A stretch of DNA of 64,000 nucleotides from a virus. The notes under the pieces were generated by a model. It was not told where the DNA came from and did not search any database. It worked only from the letters and a program-made list of their open reading frames with translations. Positions 35,392 through 45,306 of the stretch are shown piece by piece. Position 1 is the stretch's first letter, and every line of letters starts with the position of its first letter. Made by a program: the position numbers and the translations under genes. Where the stretch lies: positions 32,001 through 96,000 of IMG/VR virus record IMGVR_UViG_3300046820_000975; one strand, given 5' to 3'.

Positions 35392-38300
35392 TGAGTGACG
35401 AATTACAAAACGCTGGCACCAATAAGACCAATACCTTTACAGAAGGTATGGTCAAAGATACTGCTGATATTTATTTATCAGACAAAGTATGGACACATGC
35501 TGTCAATGCTATCAACAATACGCATGTTGGTGAGACAGGTACATTAAGTAATGAATCAGCTAACTTTAAAACTGAAGAAGCTCCTTATACAATTATTGGT
35601 GCTGTTCATAAAACAGATACAGAATGGATATTGTTTTCAACAAATGATATGGATTCTGAGATTGGTATTTATGATGAGCGTACAAGCACTTATACTCAAG
35701 TTGTAAATGATAGGTGTTTGGGATTCAAACGTTCAAATATTATTACTGGTGTTTGTAAAGAAAACTACGATTGTACACGTTCTGTATATTGGCAAGATGG
35801 ATTAAATCCTGATAGAGTTTTAAATTTAAGTAGAGTACCTTATAAAATAATTGGAGATAGTGATCCATCTGAATGTGTGACTCCTATTTATTCTGATGAA
35901 CTTGATTGTGATGCTTTACGTTTACATCCATTAGTTGATCAACCATGTGTTACTATAAGAAAAGGAACTGGTGCTGGACAATTAAATAATGGTAGTTATA
36001 TAGCTGTTGTTGCATATTCTGAGAATGGTGTAAGATTAACAGATTATTCTGCACCAAGTCAACCACAAGCTTTGTGGGAACATGTTGGTATTGGAGGATC
36101 TTTGGATGTTAAAATAACAAACTTAGATACAAATTTTCATGAATTTGAATTAGTAATTGTTGCTGTAATTAATCAACAAACAATTGCTAAACGTATTGGT
36201 TATTACAGTATTGACCAATCAGAAATACATTTAGATATTTTTGGTCAAGACTTACCAACTGTTGATTTAGCTCAAATTCCACTTAAGCATATTGTATATG
36301 AAAAGAGTGATAAGATATTTGAGTTAGGTGGGTACATGATTCGTACAGGTGTAACAACACAACCACAATTCAATTATCAACCTTTAGCAAATAATATACG
36401 CGTTAATTGGCATAGTGTAGAATATCCAAAAGATTACTACTGGCATGGTGGAAATATCACTGGTTACATGCGTGATGAAGTTTATTCATTCTTTATACGC
36501 TGGGTGTATAATACTGGTGCAAGAAGTGCATCATACCATATTCCTGGAAGACCTAAAAACGCAAATGATTCTATTGCAGTAGGATCAACACCAGATAAAA
36601 TTTCAGCAAATGAAACAGAACGTTGGCAAGTATACGATACCTCAACAGCTGGACTGGCTACAAATACCATTACCAAAGATGGTGGTCTTATTGTAGATGG
36701 AGGTCAAATGGGGTATTGGGAGAGTACAGAAAGATATCCAAATGATAAACCAGAAATCTGGGGTTCATTGTGTGGAGAACCAATACGTCATCACAAAATG
36801 CCATCAAATGAAACAACTCACATTCATAAAGGTAATAACATTTATATCCTTGGTGTTGAGTTTGTTAACATACAGCATCCATTAGATGAGAATGCAAATC
36901 CAATAAAAGATATTGTTGGGTATGAAATTTTGCGTGGTTCACGTGAAGGAAATAGAACTATTGTAGCCAAAGGTGTTTTCAATAACATTGTTCAGTATGA
37001 CATGAATGGTAATCCACCAGCTGGTATGAAAGGATGTCATCAAAACTATCCATACAATGATTTGAGACCAGATAAATTCTTGACTCAAAACTATGCTTCT
37101 TTAGATGAAGGTACATCTGACTATGGTAGAATTAATGGAGAATCTGATATTGATATATTTAAAGATTATCTTTTTAGTTTTCATTCTCCTGAAACAAACT
37201 TTGTACGTCCATACTTAGGTGGTAATCATGTTAAAATTTATAGAGAAGAACGTGGTTATTCAGTTGGTGCATTTGAAGTACCATACAAACATCCAAAGAA
37301 CAAGTTTATAACTAACGCTGTATTTGGTATGTCTGCATTAGTGTCTGTAGGTATTGCAGCATTAAATGCGGTTGGTAGTTCTACTACATCTGGTGGCCAA
37401 TATATAGCTGCAGCACCTTATGGAGCTGGTACTGTACTTACTTCAGAAGGTTCTCGTCAGTCTGGTATTGCATCTTCTATTCCTGATTTAGTAAACGCCA
37501 GTTTTTTACAATCGCTAGGTATTTCATCTGCGGGTGGTACATTTGCTACAGCTGCTGCAGTAGCTACTGTTGTATTATCTTCTACCTATTATTTAGGTCA
37601 AGCAATGGATCTTGTATTAGATATCTTTTACAAGATGATTCCACATCGTGATTATATGTTACAGTATAATTCACACGCACATTACGATTCATCTGCAGCA
37701 CTTTCAAATTCTGCAGTTCCAAGCGGTATTAAACCTATGTATCGTAGAAACATACCATCTGGTTTAGCTAAGTATATTGGTTCTGGTGTTCAAGATTTTA
37801 GTCCAACTTACAGAGTTAACAATGTTAATCGTAACAAATTTGTTATGGTTCAAACTGCAAGCTCAATTCCAACACCAGCATTTTCAGATACCACAAGACA
37901 ACGTCTAAGTGATGTTAGAGCAACTAACAAACCATTTGAAAATTTTAGTCAACCTACATCTACTTATTATGGTGCAATAAAAGTTGATTTTCAAAATCAA
38001 TATGGTCAGTTAACAAGCATTGTACAATTACCAACTGACAGTTGTGTATTGGCTACTACACCAAATGGATTAATGCGTTTTAGATCAGGTGTTATATTTG
38101 GTGGAGATGTATACATAAATCGCTATACAGAAAAGAATCCTTATTACTTCTTCAATAGTTGGTTGCAAGGTGAACCAAATGGTACAGAGTTTAATTATCG
38201 TAACTATGTTAATGGTCCAGCACCAAGATACTGGATAGATACTAATAAGTATGATATTACTGACTTAAACATAACATTACAGAACTGGCATTTAAACTTT

Positions 38301-40043
38301 GTCACTCCTTCTGACTTCCATAGATTAGATAACAAAGATGCATTTAGAGGTGTATTTAGTGTGCGTAACTCTTATGCTTATTTGTTTTATAATGGTGTAC
38401 GTGACTTCTATACAGAAAGTGAATTAAACTTAGCGTATAGAGATTATGGTGAACCTGATACAGAAAAGTTTTATGATGTTTATGGAGGATCATTTGCTGA
38501 TCTTTCTACAATGTTTAGATCTGACAAAATTACATCTGCAATACAATATAAATATGATTTATCACTTTCATCCAGCAAGTTATTCTCTAACTTTGCATCT
38601 TGGGGATCAATCTTACCACGTGACTACGACCCTGAAATCTACAGCACATGTTTTGAGTATTACCCTAAACGAGCAATCTACTCTTTACAACATCAGTCAG
38701 GGTTAAAGCGTGATAACTGGAGAAACTATTTACCACTCAACTACAAAGATTTCAGTGGTAAAATTTCCACAATCAAAGCCTTAAATGCTCAAGGTGCTAT
38801 TATATTATTTGAAGATGCAGAACCAGTACAATTTGCTGGTGTTGACCAACTTCAAACTAAATCTGGTACTAAGTTTACAATTGGTGATGGTGGATTGTTC
38901 CAGCAAAATATGCAAAGTATTGTAAATGCTGATGATTCGTTAGAGTATGGCTCATGTACCTCATCAAGATCTGCAGTAAATACACCATTTGGTTTATTCT
39001 ACATATCTCAAAAACTAGGTAAGATCATGCACTACACTGGTGGTGGATTGGATGAAATTTCACGTAATGGTCTTAAGTACTGGTTTACAAACCACTTACC
39101 AAGTAAGTTGTTACAAGCTGCAGGTGATTATAAATTGTATGACAATCCAGTATTTGGTATTGGTTGTCAAGCAATGTATGACCAACAATTTGAATTAGTA
39201 TACTTTACTAAGAAGGATTACATACCATTACGCGATGATTTGTATTACAACGATCCTACAGGTATTCCTTATTACATGGTGGAAGGAATTAAAAACTATG
39301 TTCAATTCTCTAATAAAGAATTCTTTAAACCTTGTAGTTGGACAGTAAGTTATGATCCAAAATCTAAAGCTTGGGTTAGTTTTCACTCATGGGTTCCTGA
39401 TTTATTTATACCAGCGTATAGTCATTTCTTTACAACAAAAGACAATGGTATTTGGAAACACAATAGTATGTGGAACAAATACTGTGAATATTATGGTGTA
39501 CAGTATCCTTGGGAAGTTGAATTACCAGTAATAACACCTGGTGCAATAACAACTCTCAGAAGTGTAGAATATTGGATGGATGCATATAAATACACAAATG
39601 CTGGCCAAGATTATAAACATATTTTAGATTATAATTTTGACACTGCAATTATTCATAATTCTGAGCAAATATCTGGAATTTTAAAGTTAAATTTGAAATC
39701 TAAAAATAACCCAGGTCAACAGATACAATATCCATTGGTAGGGTTATATGGGACTGATATCTTAGTAAGTAAAGAAGAGAATAAATATCGCTTCAATACA
39801 TTCTGGGATGTTACAAATAATAGAGGAGAGTTTAACTATAATGAGACACCAATGTGGATTACTAGCTGCAATGGTTACCAACGTACGATAAATCCTTCGT
39901 ATATTAATTATAACAAGTCACCTTTTGAACGTAAAAAGTTTAGACATTATGGTAATAGAATTGTATTACGCAAAAATGGTGTGATGGATGTTAAAATGAT
40001 ACTTAAATTACATACAACTAAACTTCTTCAAAGTCCACGATAA
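35391..40043 (+). CDS. Tail muzzle/stabilization protein
   Basis: ~1550 aa, beta-rich; YMRDEVYSF, PIRHHKMP, GYEILRG, FGGDVYINRY and WVSFHSW motifs; start at MSDELQ. Confidence 0.8.
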   Translation: MSDELQNAGTNKTNTFTEGMVKDTADIYLSDKVWTHAVNAINNTHVGETGTLSNESANFKTEEAPYTIIGAVHKTDTEWILFSTNDMDSEIGIYDERTSTYTQVVNDRCLGFKRSNIITGVCKENYDCTRSVYWQDGLNPDRVLNLSRVPYKIIGDSDPSECVTPIYSDELDCDALRLHPLVDQPCVTIRKGTGAGQLNNGSYIAVVAYSENGVRLTDYSAPSQPQALWEHVGIGGSLDVKITNLDTNFHEFELVIVAVINQQTIAKRIGYYSIDQSEIHLDIFGQDLPTVDLAQIPLKHIVYEKSDKIFELGGYMIRTGVTTQPQFNYQPLANNIRVNWHSVEYPKDYYWHGGNITGYMRDEVYSFFIRWVYNTGARSASYHIPGRPKNANDSIAVGSTPDKISANETERWQVYDTSTAGLATNTITKDGGLIVDGGQMGYWESTERYPNDKPEIWGSLCGEPIRHHKMPSNETTHIHKGNNIYILGVEFVNIQHPLDENANPIKDIVGYEILRGSREGNRTIVAKGVFNNIVQYDMNGNPPAGMKGCHQNYPYNDLRPDKFLTQNYASLDEGTSDYGRINGESDIDIFKDYLFSFHSPETNFVRPYLGGNHVKIYREERGYSVGAFEVPYKHPKNKFITNAVFGMSALVSVGIAALNAVGSSTTSGGQYIAAAPYGAGTVLTSEGSRQSGIASSIPDLVNASFLQSLGISSAGGTFATAAAVATVVLSSTYYLGQAMDLVLDIFYKMIPHRDYMLQYNSHAHYDSSAALSNSAVPSGIKPMYRRNIPSGLAKYIGSGVQDFSPTYRVNNVNRNKFVMVQTASSIPTPAFSDTTRQRLSDVRATNKPFENFSQPTSTYYGAIKVDFQNQYGQLTSIVQLPTDSCVLATTPNGLMRFRSGVIFGGDVYINRYTEKNPYYFFNSWLQGEPNGTEFNYRNYVNGPAPRYWIDTNKYDITDLNITLQNWHLNFVTPSDFHRLDNKDAFRGVFSVRNSYAYLFYNGVRDFYTESELNLAYRDYGEPDTEKFYDVYGGSFADLSTMFRSDKITSAIQYKYDLSLSSSKLFSNFASWGSILPRDYDPEIYSTCFEYYPKRAIYSLQHQSGLKRDNWRNYLPLNYKDFSGKISTIKALNAQGAIILFEDAEPVQFAGVDQLQTKSGTKFTIGDGGLFQQNMQSIVNADDSLEYGSCTSSRSAVNTPFGLFYISQKLGKIMHYTGGGLDEISRNGLKYWFTNHLPSKLLQAAGDYKLYDNPVFGIGCQAMYDQQFELVYFTKKDYIPLRDDLYYNDPTGIPYYMVEGIKNYVQFSNKEFFKPCSWTVSYDPKSKAWVSFHSWVPDLFIPAYSHFFTTKDNGIWKHNSMWNKYCEYYGVQYPWEVELPVITPGAITTLRSVEYWMDAYKYTNAGQDYKHILDYNFDTAIIHNSEQISGILKLNLKSKNNPGQQIQYPLVGLYGTDILVSKEENKYRFNTFWDVTNNRGEFNYNETPMWITSCNGYQRTINPSYINYNKSPFERKKFRHYGNRIVLRKNGVMDVKMILKLHTTKLLQSPR

Positions 40044-42349
40044 TGGCACAAAATAGAGATATACTACTGAATTTTATCTTGTCTCAACGTCAGAGAATTG
40101 AGCCAGATCCTGCAAGACAAATGTTCCAGGTGGCTGGTACATCTGTGCGTCCAACAACAGCTAACAACATGATGCAGAGTGCTGTTGCAAACGTAGCTAA
40201 ACAAAAACAAGCTCAAGCTCAAGCACAAGCTCAGGCTGCAGCTGCGCAAGCAGCACATGAAGCTGAATTGGAAAGATTGCGTACTCAGTATGGTCAACAA
40301 GCAGCATCACGTATGACATCTGCTCAAGTAGCTCAAGCTAACAGAATGAGTCAACAAGCTGCTGCTGCACCACAAGCAACTGTAGCGCAAACTCAAACTC
40401 CTACAACAGTACAACAAATTCAAAATTTTGCTACTCACCCATTGCAATCAATGACAGGTCGTGAGAATAATTTTGATATGTTGGCAGGTATTCCAGGTTA
40501 TATAGCAACGGTAGCAGCTCCAAATACTGCATACAATTTAACAGTTGGATTGCCTGATACTGCAGCAGATATTGCCAATGCAACAATTGGTGCTTCAGGA
40601 GAACTTTTAACTGGGCAACCTATTTCGCCAGAAACAAAACTTGCTGCATATAATACAGCTAATCGTTTATTAGATGCATCAGCAGTTTTACCTGTTGGTA
40701 AAGCTATTCAACCTGTAATGAAAGTATTTGGTCCTACAATGGAAGAAGTTGCAATGGCAGGAAAACATATATTACATTCAGGTGTAGGTCAAGTTGCAGA
40801 ACAAGCTGCACACAAAGCTGCACATAAGGCTGTTCACCATCAAGTTGAACATTTGGCTGACCATGGCGCAGATCAAAATGCCAATCAAACTCATCAATAT
40901 ACACAAAATATGAATAACTCATATGAAAATCCATCACATGCTTATGGTGGTTTAATGAAATTTTTAGTAGGTGGAAGTAAAATTCATATTGATCCATCAA
41001 AGAAGGGAACGTTTACTGCTCAAGCTACTCGTATGAATATGGGTATCCAAGAAGCTGCTAGACATATTATGGCTAACAAAGAAGATTATTCACCTGAAAT
41101 GGTTAAGAAAGCTGTGTTTGCACATAACTTTGCAAAACAAATGGGTGGGTCATTAGAACAATATGGTTATGCAGGTGAAGTTTCTCCTAATGCACCTATT
41201 GATTTTAGTAACTATGTACCAGCTGCAAATAATACATATATAGATAGAAGTGGTGCAGGTCAACCTATGCAGATTGTTAATGGTGCACTTCAATATGTTC
41301 CACAACCACAAATCAAACCTGCTGCTACTCCTACAGTTAATGGTAGACAAATTACAGGATATACATATGATGGTACACCATTGTATAAACATGACATGGG
41401 TGGATTAGCTAAGTTTATAGCAATGTATCCATTGCAAAAATTTGATATTGGTGGATATACTCCTGATGAACCAGGATTTGCTCCAAACATGTTTCCTGCA
41501 AGAACAACAAGATCAGTACATACAGATCCTGAAGTAGCTGCTCAAGCAGCTCGTCAACGTGTACAACAAACTACAGTACATGAACCAGCTAATGTTAATT
41601 GGTATGTTCCACAAGAAGGACAATATCCTCAAGCACAAATAAGTCAAGCTGGTTATCCTCAAGCTGTATATGCTCCTACTCAAAGATTTGCTCCTATAGG
41701 TAACATGCCTGCAGAAGCAATGTCTGATCAAGCTCAAATGATGAAATGGCTTGCTGCAAATCCAGGAGTATCTGGATTTACTGCTGCTTATCCTAATGGA
41801 GCACCTGCTCCAACACCTGGTAGTGTTACATATCCTATTACTGGAGGTGAAGATAAAGTAACGCCTTATAATGGAGGTGATTTACCTACAGTTGTTAAAT
41901 CTGCGGTGCGTCCTTCAAAAGCTGATCCATTTGGTAATGGTTTAACAAAAGATGATGTTAAGAAAGTTCAACGTGAACTTATTGCTTCTGGTATTTTGGA
42001 ACCATCGGGTAAGAAATTTGCTAATGGAGAAGATCGCGAAGTTGACGGCATGTGGGGTCCTAAAACTCAAGCAGCGTATGAAAAGTATATTGCTAAAAAG
42101 AATTTAGAAAGTATGGAACTTATGCCTGAAAGATGGAATACTCCTTCCATGGAACAATATGTACCAGGGCAAATTCCAACACAAGCTCCAGCTGAACCAT
42201 CACCAATGCCTCAACGTTATGCAGGTATGGATATTCAACCACGTCGTACTGGTAGTGCTTTAAAAACTGAAAAGCGTGGCAAAGATGAAAAAGCTTATGG
42301 TGGATACAGTGGATATGGATTTGCTAAATGGTTAGATCAATTTAAATAA
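40043..42349 (+). CDS. Putative virion cargo protein with GG-delimited modules and a peptidoglycan-binding (PG_binding_1-like) domain
   Basis: DVKKVQREL...VDGMWGPKTQAA; repeated YGG/MGG motifs; Q/A/P-rich linkers. Confidence 0.6.
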   Translation: MAQNRDILLNFILSQRQRIEPDPARQMFQVAGTSVRPTTANNMMQSAVANVAKQKQAQAQAQAQAAAAQAAHEAELERLRTQYGQQAASRMTSAQVAQANRMSQQAAAAPQATVAQTQTPTTVQQIQNFATHPLQSMTGRENNFDMLAGIPGYIATVAAPNTAYNLTVGLPDTAADIANATIGASGELLTGQPISPETKLAAYNTANRLLDASAVLPVGKAIQPVMKVFGPTMEEVAMAGKHILHSGVGQVAEQAAHKAAHKAVHHQVEHLADHGADQNANQTHQYTQNMNNSYENPSHAYGGLMKFLVGGSKIHIDPSKKGTFTAQATRMNMGIQEAARHIMANKEDYSPEMVKKAVFAHNFAKQMGGSLEQYGYAGEVSPNAPIDFSNYVPAANNTYIDRSGAGQPMQIVNGALQYVPQPQIKPAATPTVNGRQITGYTYDGTPLYKHDMGGLAKFIAMYPLQKFDIGGYTPDEPGFAPNMFPARTTRSVHTDPEVAAQAARQRVQQTTVHEPANVNWYVPQEGQYPQAQISQAGYPQAVYAPTQRFAPIGNMPAEAMSDQAQMMKWLAANPGVSGFTAAYPNGAPAPTPGSVTYPITGGEDKVTPYNGGDLPTVVKSAVRPSKADPFGNGLTKDDVKKVQRELIASGILEPSGKKFANGEDREVDGMWGPKTQAAYEKYIAKKNLESMELMPERWNTPSMEQYVPGQIPTQAPAEPSPMPQRYAGMDIQPRRTGSALKTEKRGKDEKAYGGYSGYGFAKWLDQFK

Positions 42350-42355
42350 ACCAAT

Positions 42356-45214
42356 ATGATAGACAGTTTTTTAAGAATTGCGGGTGTAAAAAGTGAAGCT
42401 GAATTTTACAAAAAATACCCAACACAGGAATCTTTTTTTGAAGATCATCCTGAAGCTATTGAATTGTCTAAACATGAAATAGGAGGACAGTTTAGAATTA
42501 GAGATACTGAAACAAACCCTATGATGTTAAAGGCTGCTGAAGGATTTCAAATGCCTGGTTATACACCACAAGAAGGTGATAACATTTATACACAAACATC
42601 ACAACATACTCTTGCTGATTTAAAAAACAGTGATTGGAACAAAGGTCTTGCTACTATTAACAGCTTGGGTAACTATAACAATATGTTAGGTCAGTTACCT
42701 GACAAAGGTTTATTTGGTAAAATTAAAGCTGGCGCTGGTATTGCTGCTGGTGCTTCAGGTGCCATATTAGGATATGAAAAAATGTTCAATCCTAATAAAA
42801 CAACTACAAACACTTTAGTTAATACAAATACTGGTGAATTTGGTTCAGCTGAAGATGTTATTAAACAACGTGCTAAAACTGCTAAAGAAAAAGAAGTTAG
42901 TACTGCGTTAGGTGTACACCCTCCAATGGTTGCACAGAATAATGAATTTTCATTTCCTAATTTTGCACCTGGTACTCCTGAGTTTAATAACTTTGCAACA
43001 AATGGTTTTCAAGGTTTAGGAGCAAAAACATCTCCTACTAAACCTACAGTTGCTAGTGGTCCAACTAATACTGCTCCTGTTCAACCAACAACATCTACTG
43101 CACCAGGTTCAACCATGAAAGCTACTGGTTCTGGTATGCAATCAATGTATAATCAAAATGAAATTGATCAACAGTTAGGTTTAACAACTAATCAGTATGG
43201 TGGATTAACCAAGTTTTTACCTGATGAAGCATACACAGATGAATACCCAATGATGGCAAAAGGTGGGTATACTGTAACAAGAAGTCATGATCGTAAAGGT
43301 AAAACTCACAAAGTAACAGGACCTGATGGAACTGTTAAGTACTTTGGTGATTCTAAGTTAGGACAACATCCTAATGATCCTGCAAGAAAGAAAGCTTTTT
43401 ATGCTAGACATAAACATAACTTAGAAAAAAATCCTTATTTCAGAGCATTTGCTAGAGCTACTTGGGAAGAAGGTGGTGAAGTTAATGAAATGAAACATGG
43501 TGGTGAAATGATACGTAGAGCAGATGGTAGTTATTCACAAAGAGGATTATGGGATAATATTAGAGCCAATGCAGGTTCTGGTAAAAAGCCTAGCAAAGAG
43601 ATGTTAGAACAAGAAGCAAAGATAAAAGCTGCTTATGGTGGATTAATGAGATTTGAAGAAGGAGGCGCAGGTAATACAAATCAACCTGTTACACAAACAA
43701 AACAAATATCAGGAACTACACAGGCTATACCTGGTCAACAAGCATCTTATAATGCAACTATTACTCCAGGTAATCAAAATACAGGAAATACTGTAAATGC
43801 TTTAAATACTTCTGCTACTGTTGGTAATAATAATTATTCAGTAACAGGTAATGCTAATGTTGCAAATGATAGATTAGCAGATTATGGTGTAAATGCAAAT
43901 GTAAACAAAGGTAATTTTAGTGGAGGTGCTAGTTATAACACTACAACTCAACCAGGAAGTCCAGATAAATATACTGCAAATGCTGCTTATAATTCTCCAT
44001 CAGGTTTAAACATAAATGGTTCTCTCAATGGAACAACTGCTACTGGTGTCAATGATGTAAATCTTGGAGCTTCTTACAATAAAAATAATGTACAAGCACA
44101 AGCACAATATACTAGAAATTTAAATACACCTGGTGCTTATAATTATACAGGTTCTGTTGGATATGGTACACCTAAGATGAATATAACTGGTAATGTTAGT
44201 GGTAATAATAATGCACCAGTAAGTTCATATGGTGTAACAGCTGGATATTCACCAGCTCCTGGTGTAACAGCTACTGCAAATTATACACATAATGTAGGAT
44301 CAAGTCCAGAACAACCAGCTAACTCTGCCAATGTTGGAATGCGTTATAATGTTCCAAGTTCTACACCAAGACAACAACCAAAAACATTTACAAATGCTGT
44401 ACCTGCTCCTGATCCATTTTTGTCTTCAACACAACAACAAAAATTTGGAGGATTGATGAAATTTGTAAATGGTGGTGAACCTACGTTTAAACAATGGTTT
44501 GCAGAAAATGCAGGCAGACCTGATGTAATGAGTAATGTTGGTAATTACCAAGCATTGCAACGTATGTTTTTAGATGAGAACCCTATGGCTCAAACAGCTC
44601 AGGGTGCATATGGTCCAACAAACAATGGGATGTTCAGTAATGAACCTGCGCAATCAGCATTATCTGCACCAATGCAATCACAATATACTGGTAGAAATGC
44701 AGGTACACGTTCTGGTATGGCGTCTGTATATAATACTAATCAACAAACAGATTGGACAGATCCTGCAATAGCTGGTGCTAATACAGCAAATGTAGCACCA
44801 ACAGCTAACCAATTAAAATTCCAACAGTTTGCAAACAAGTCTATCAAACGTGGAGATGATTCAGGAACAATTGCTGCTAATAATGCATTGCAAGGTTTAG
44901 GTATGGCTAGCTCAGCTTTAGGTACCATGGATAAAGAAGCAGAGTACAATAAAAGATTGCGTGAAATTGGTAATACAAATTTCTCTACACAACCTTCAAA
45001 TCCAACAAATCCATTTGGTAATTATACACTAAATGCTGGTCCTGCATCTAACTTTGGTTTAGTAGCAAACACTCCAATACAAGATATTGGTACTAGTGGA
45101 ATTGCTGCAAAATATGGTGGATCTAAAATGTATAGAGAAGGTGGTACATATTTATTGTCACCTGAAGAAGTTCGTAACATTTTAGCTAATGGTGGTGAAG
45201 TAGAGTTCATATAA
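42356..45214 (+). CDS. Putative virion cargo protein, multi-modular, including a beta-barrel-like segment
   Basis: About ten xxGG motifs separate small basic modules and an N/G/Y-rich amphipathic beta-strand region. Confidence 0.6.
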   Translation: MIDSFLRIAGVKSEAEFYKKYPTQESFFEDHPEAIELSKHEIGGQFRIRDTETNPMMLKAAEGFQMPGYTPQEGDNIYTQTSQHTLADLKNSDWNKGLATINSLGNYNNMLGQLPDKGLFGKIKAGAGIAAGASGAILGYEKMFNPNKTTTNTLVNTNTGEFGSAEDVIKQRAKTAKEKEVSTALGVHPPMVAQNNEFSFPNFAPGTPEFNNFATNGFQGLGAKTSPTKPTVASGPTNTAPVQPTTSTAPGSTMKATGSGMQSMYNQNEIDQQLGLTTNQYGGLTKFLPDEAYTDEYPMMAKGGYTVTRSHDRKGKTHKVTGPDGTVKYFGDSKLGQHPNDPARKKAFYARHKHNLEKNPYFRAFARATWEEGGEVNEMKHGGEMIRRADGSYSQRGLWDNIRANAGSGKKPSKEMLEQEAKIKAAYGGLMRFEEGGAGNTNQPVTQTKQISGTTQAIPGQQASYNATITPGNQNTGNTVNALNTSATVGNNNYSVTGNANVANDRLADYGVNANVNKGNFSGGASYNTTTQPGSPDKYTANAAYNSPSGLNINGSLNGTTATGVNDVNLGASYNKNNVQAQAQYTRNLNTPGAYNYTGSVGYGTPKMNITGNVSGNNNAPVSSYGVTAGYSPAPGVTATANYTHNVGSSPEQPANSANVGMRYNVPSSTPRQQPKTFTNAVPAPDPFLSSTQQQKFGGLMKFVNGGEPTFKQWFAENAGRPDVMSNVGNYQALQRMFLDENPMAQTAQGAYGPTNNGMFSNEPAQSALSAPMQSQYTGRNAGTRSGMASVYNTNQQTDWTDPAIAGANTANVAPTANQLKFQQFANKSIKRGDDSGTIAANNALQGLGMASSALGTMDKEAEYNKRLREIGNTNFSTQPSNPTNPFGNYTLNAGPASNFGLVANTPIQDIGTSGIAAKYGGSKMYREGGTYLLSPEEVRNILANGGEVEFI

Positions 45215-45306
45215 GAAACTGCACTTAATTTAGGAAAAGTCTAACTAATTTTGTACTTTTAAATGTAAGAGGTTTAGTGTGAGTTTCCTTTAAACTTCAA
45301 AAGTTT

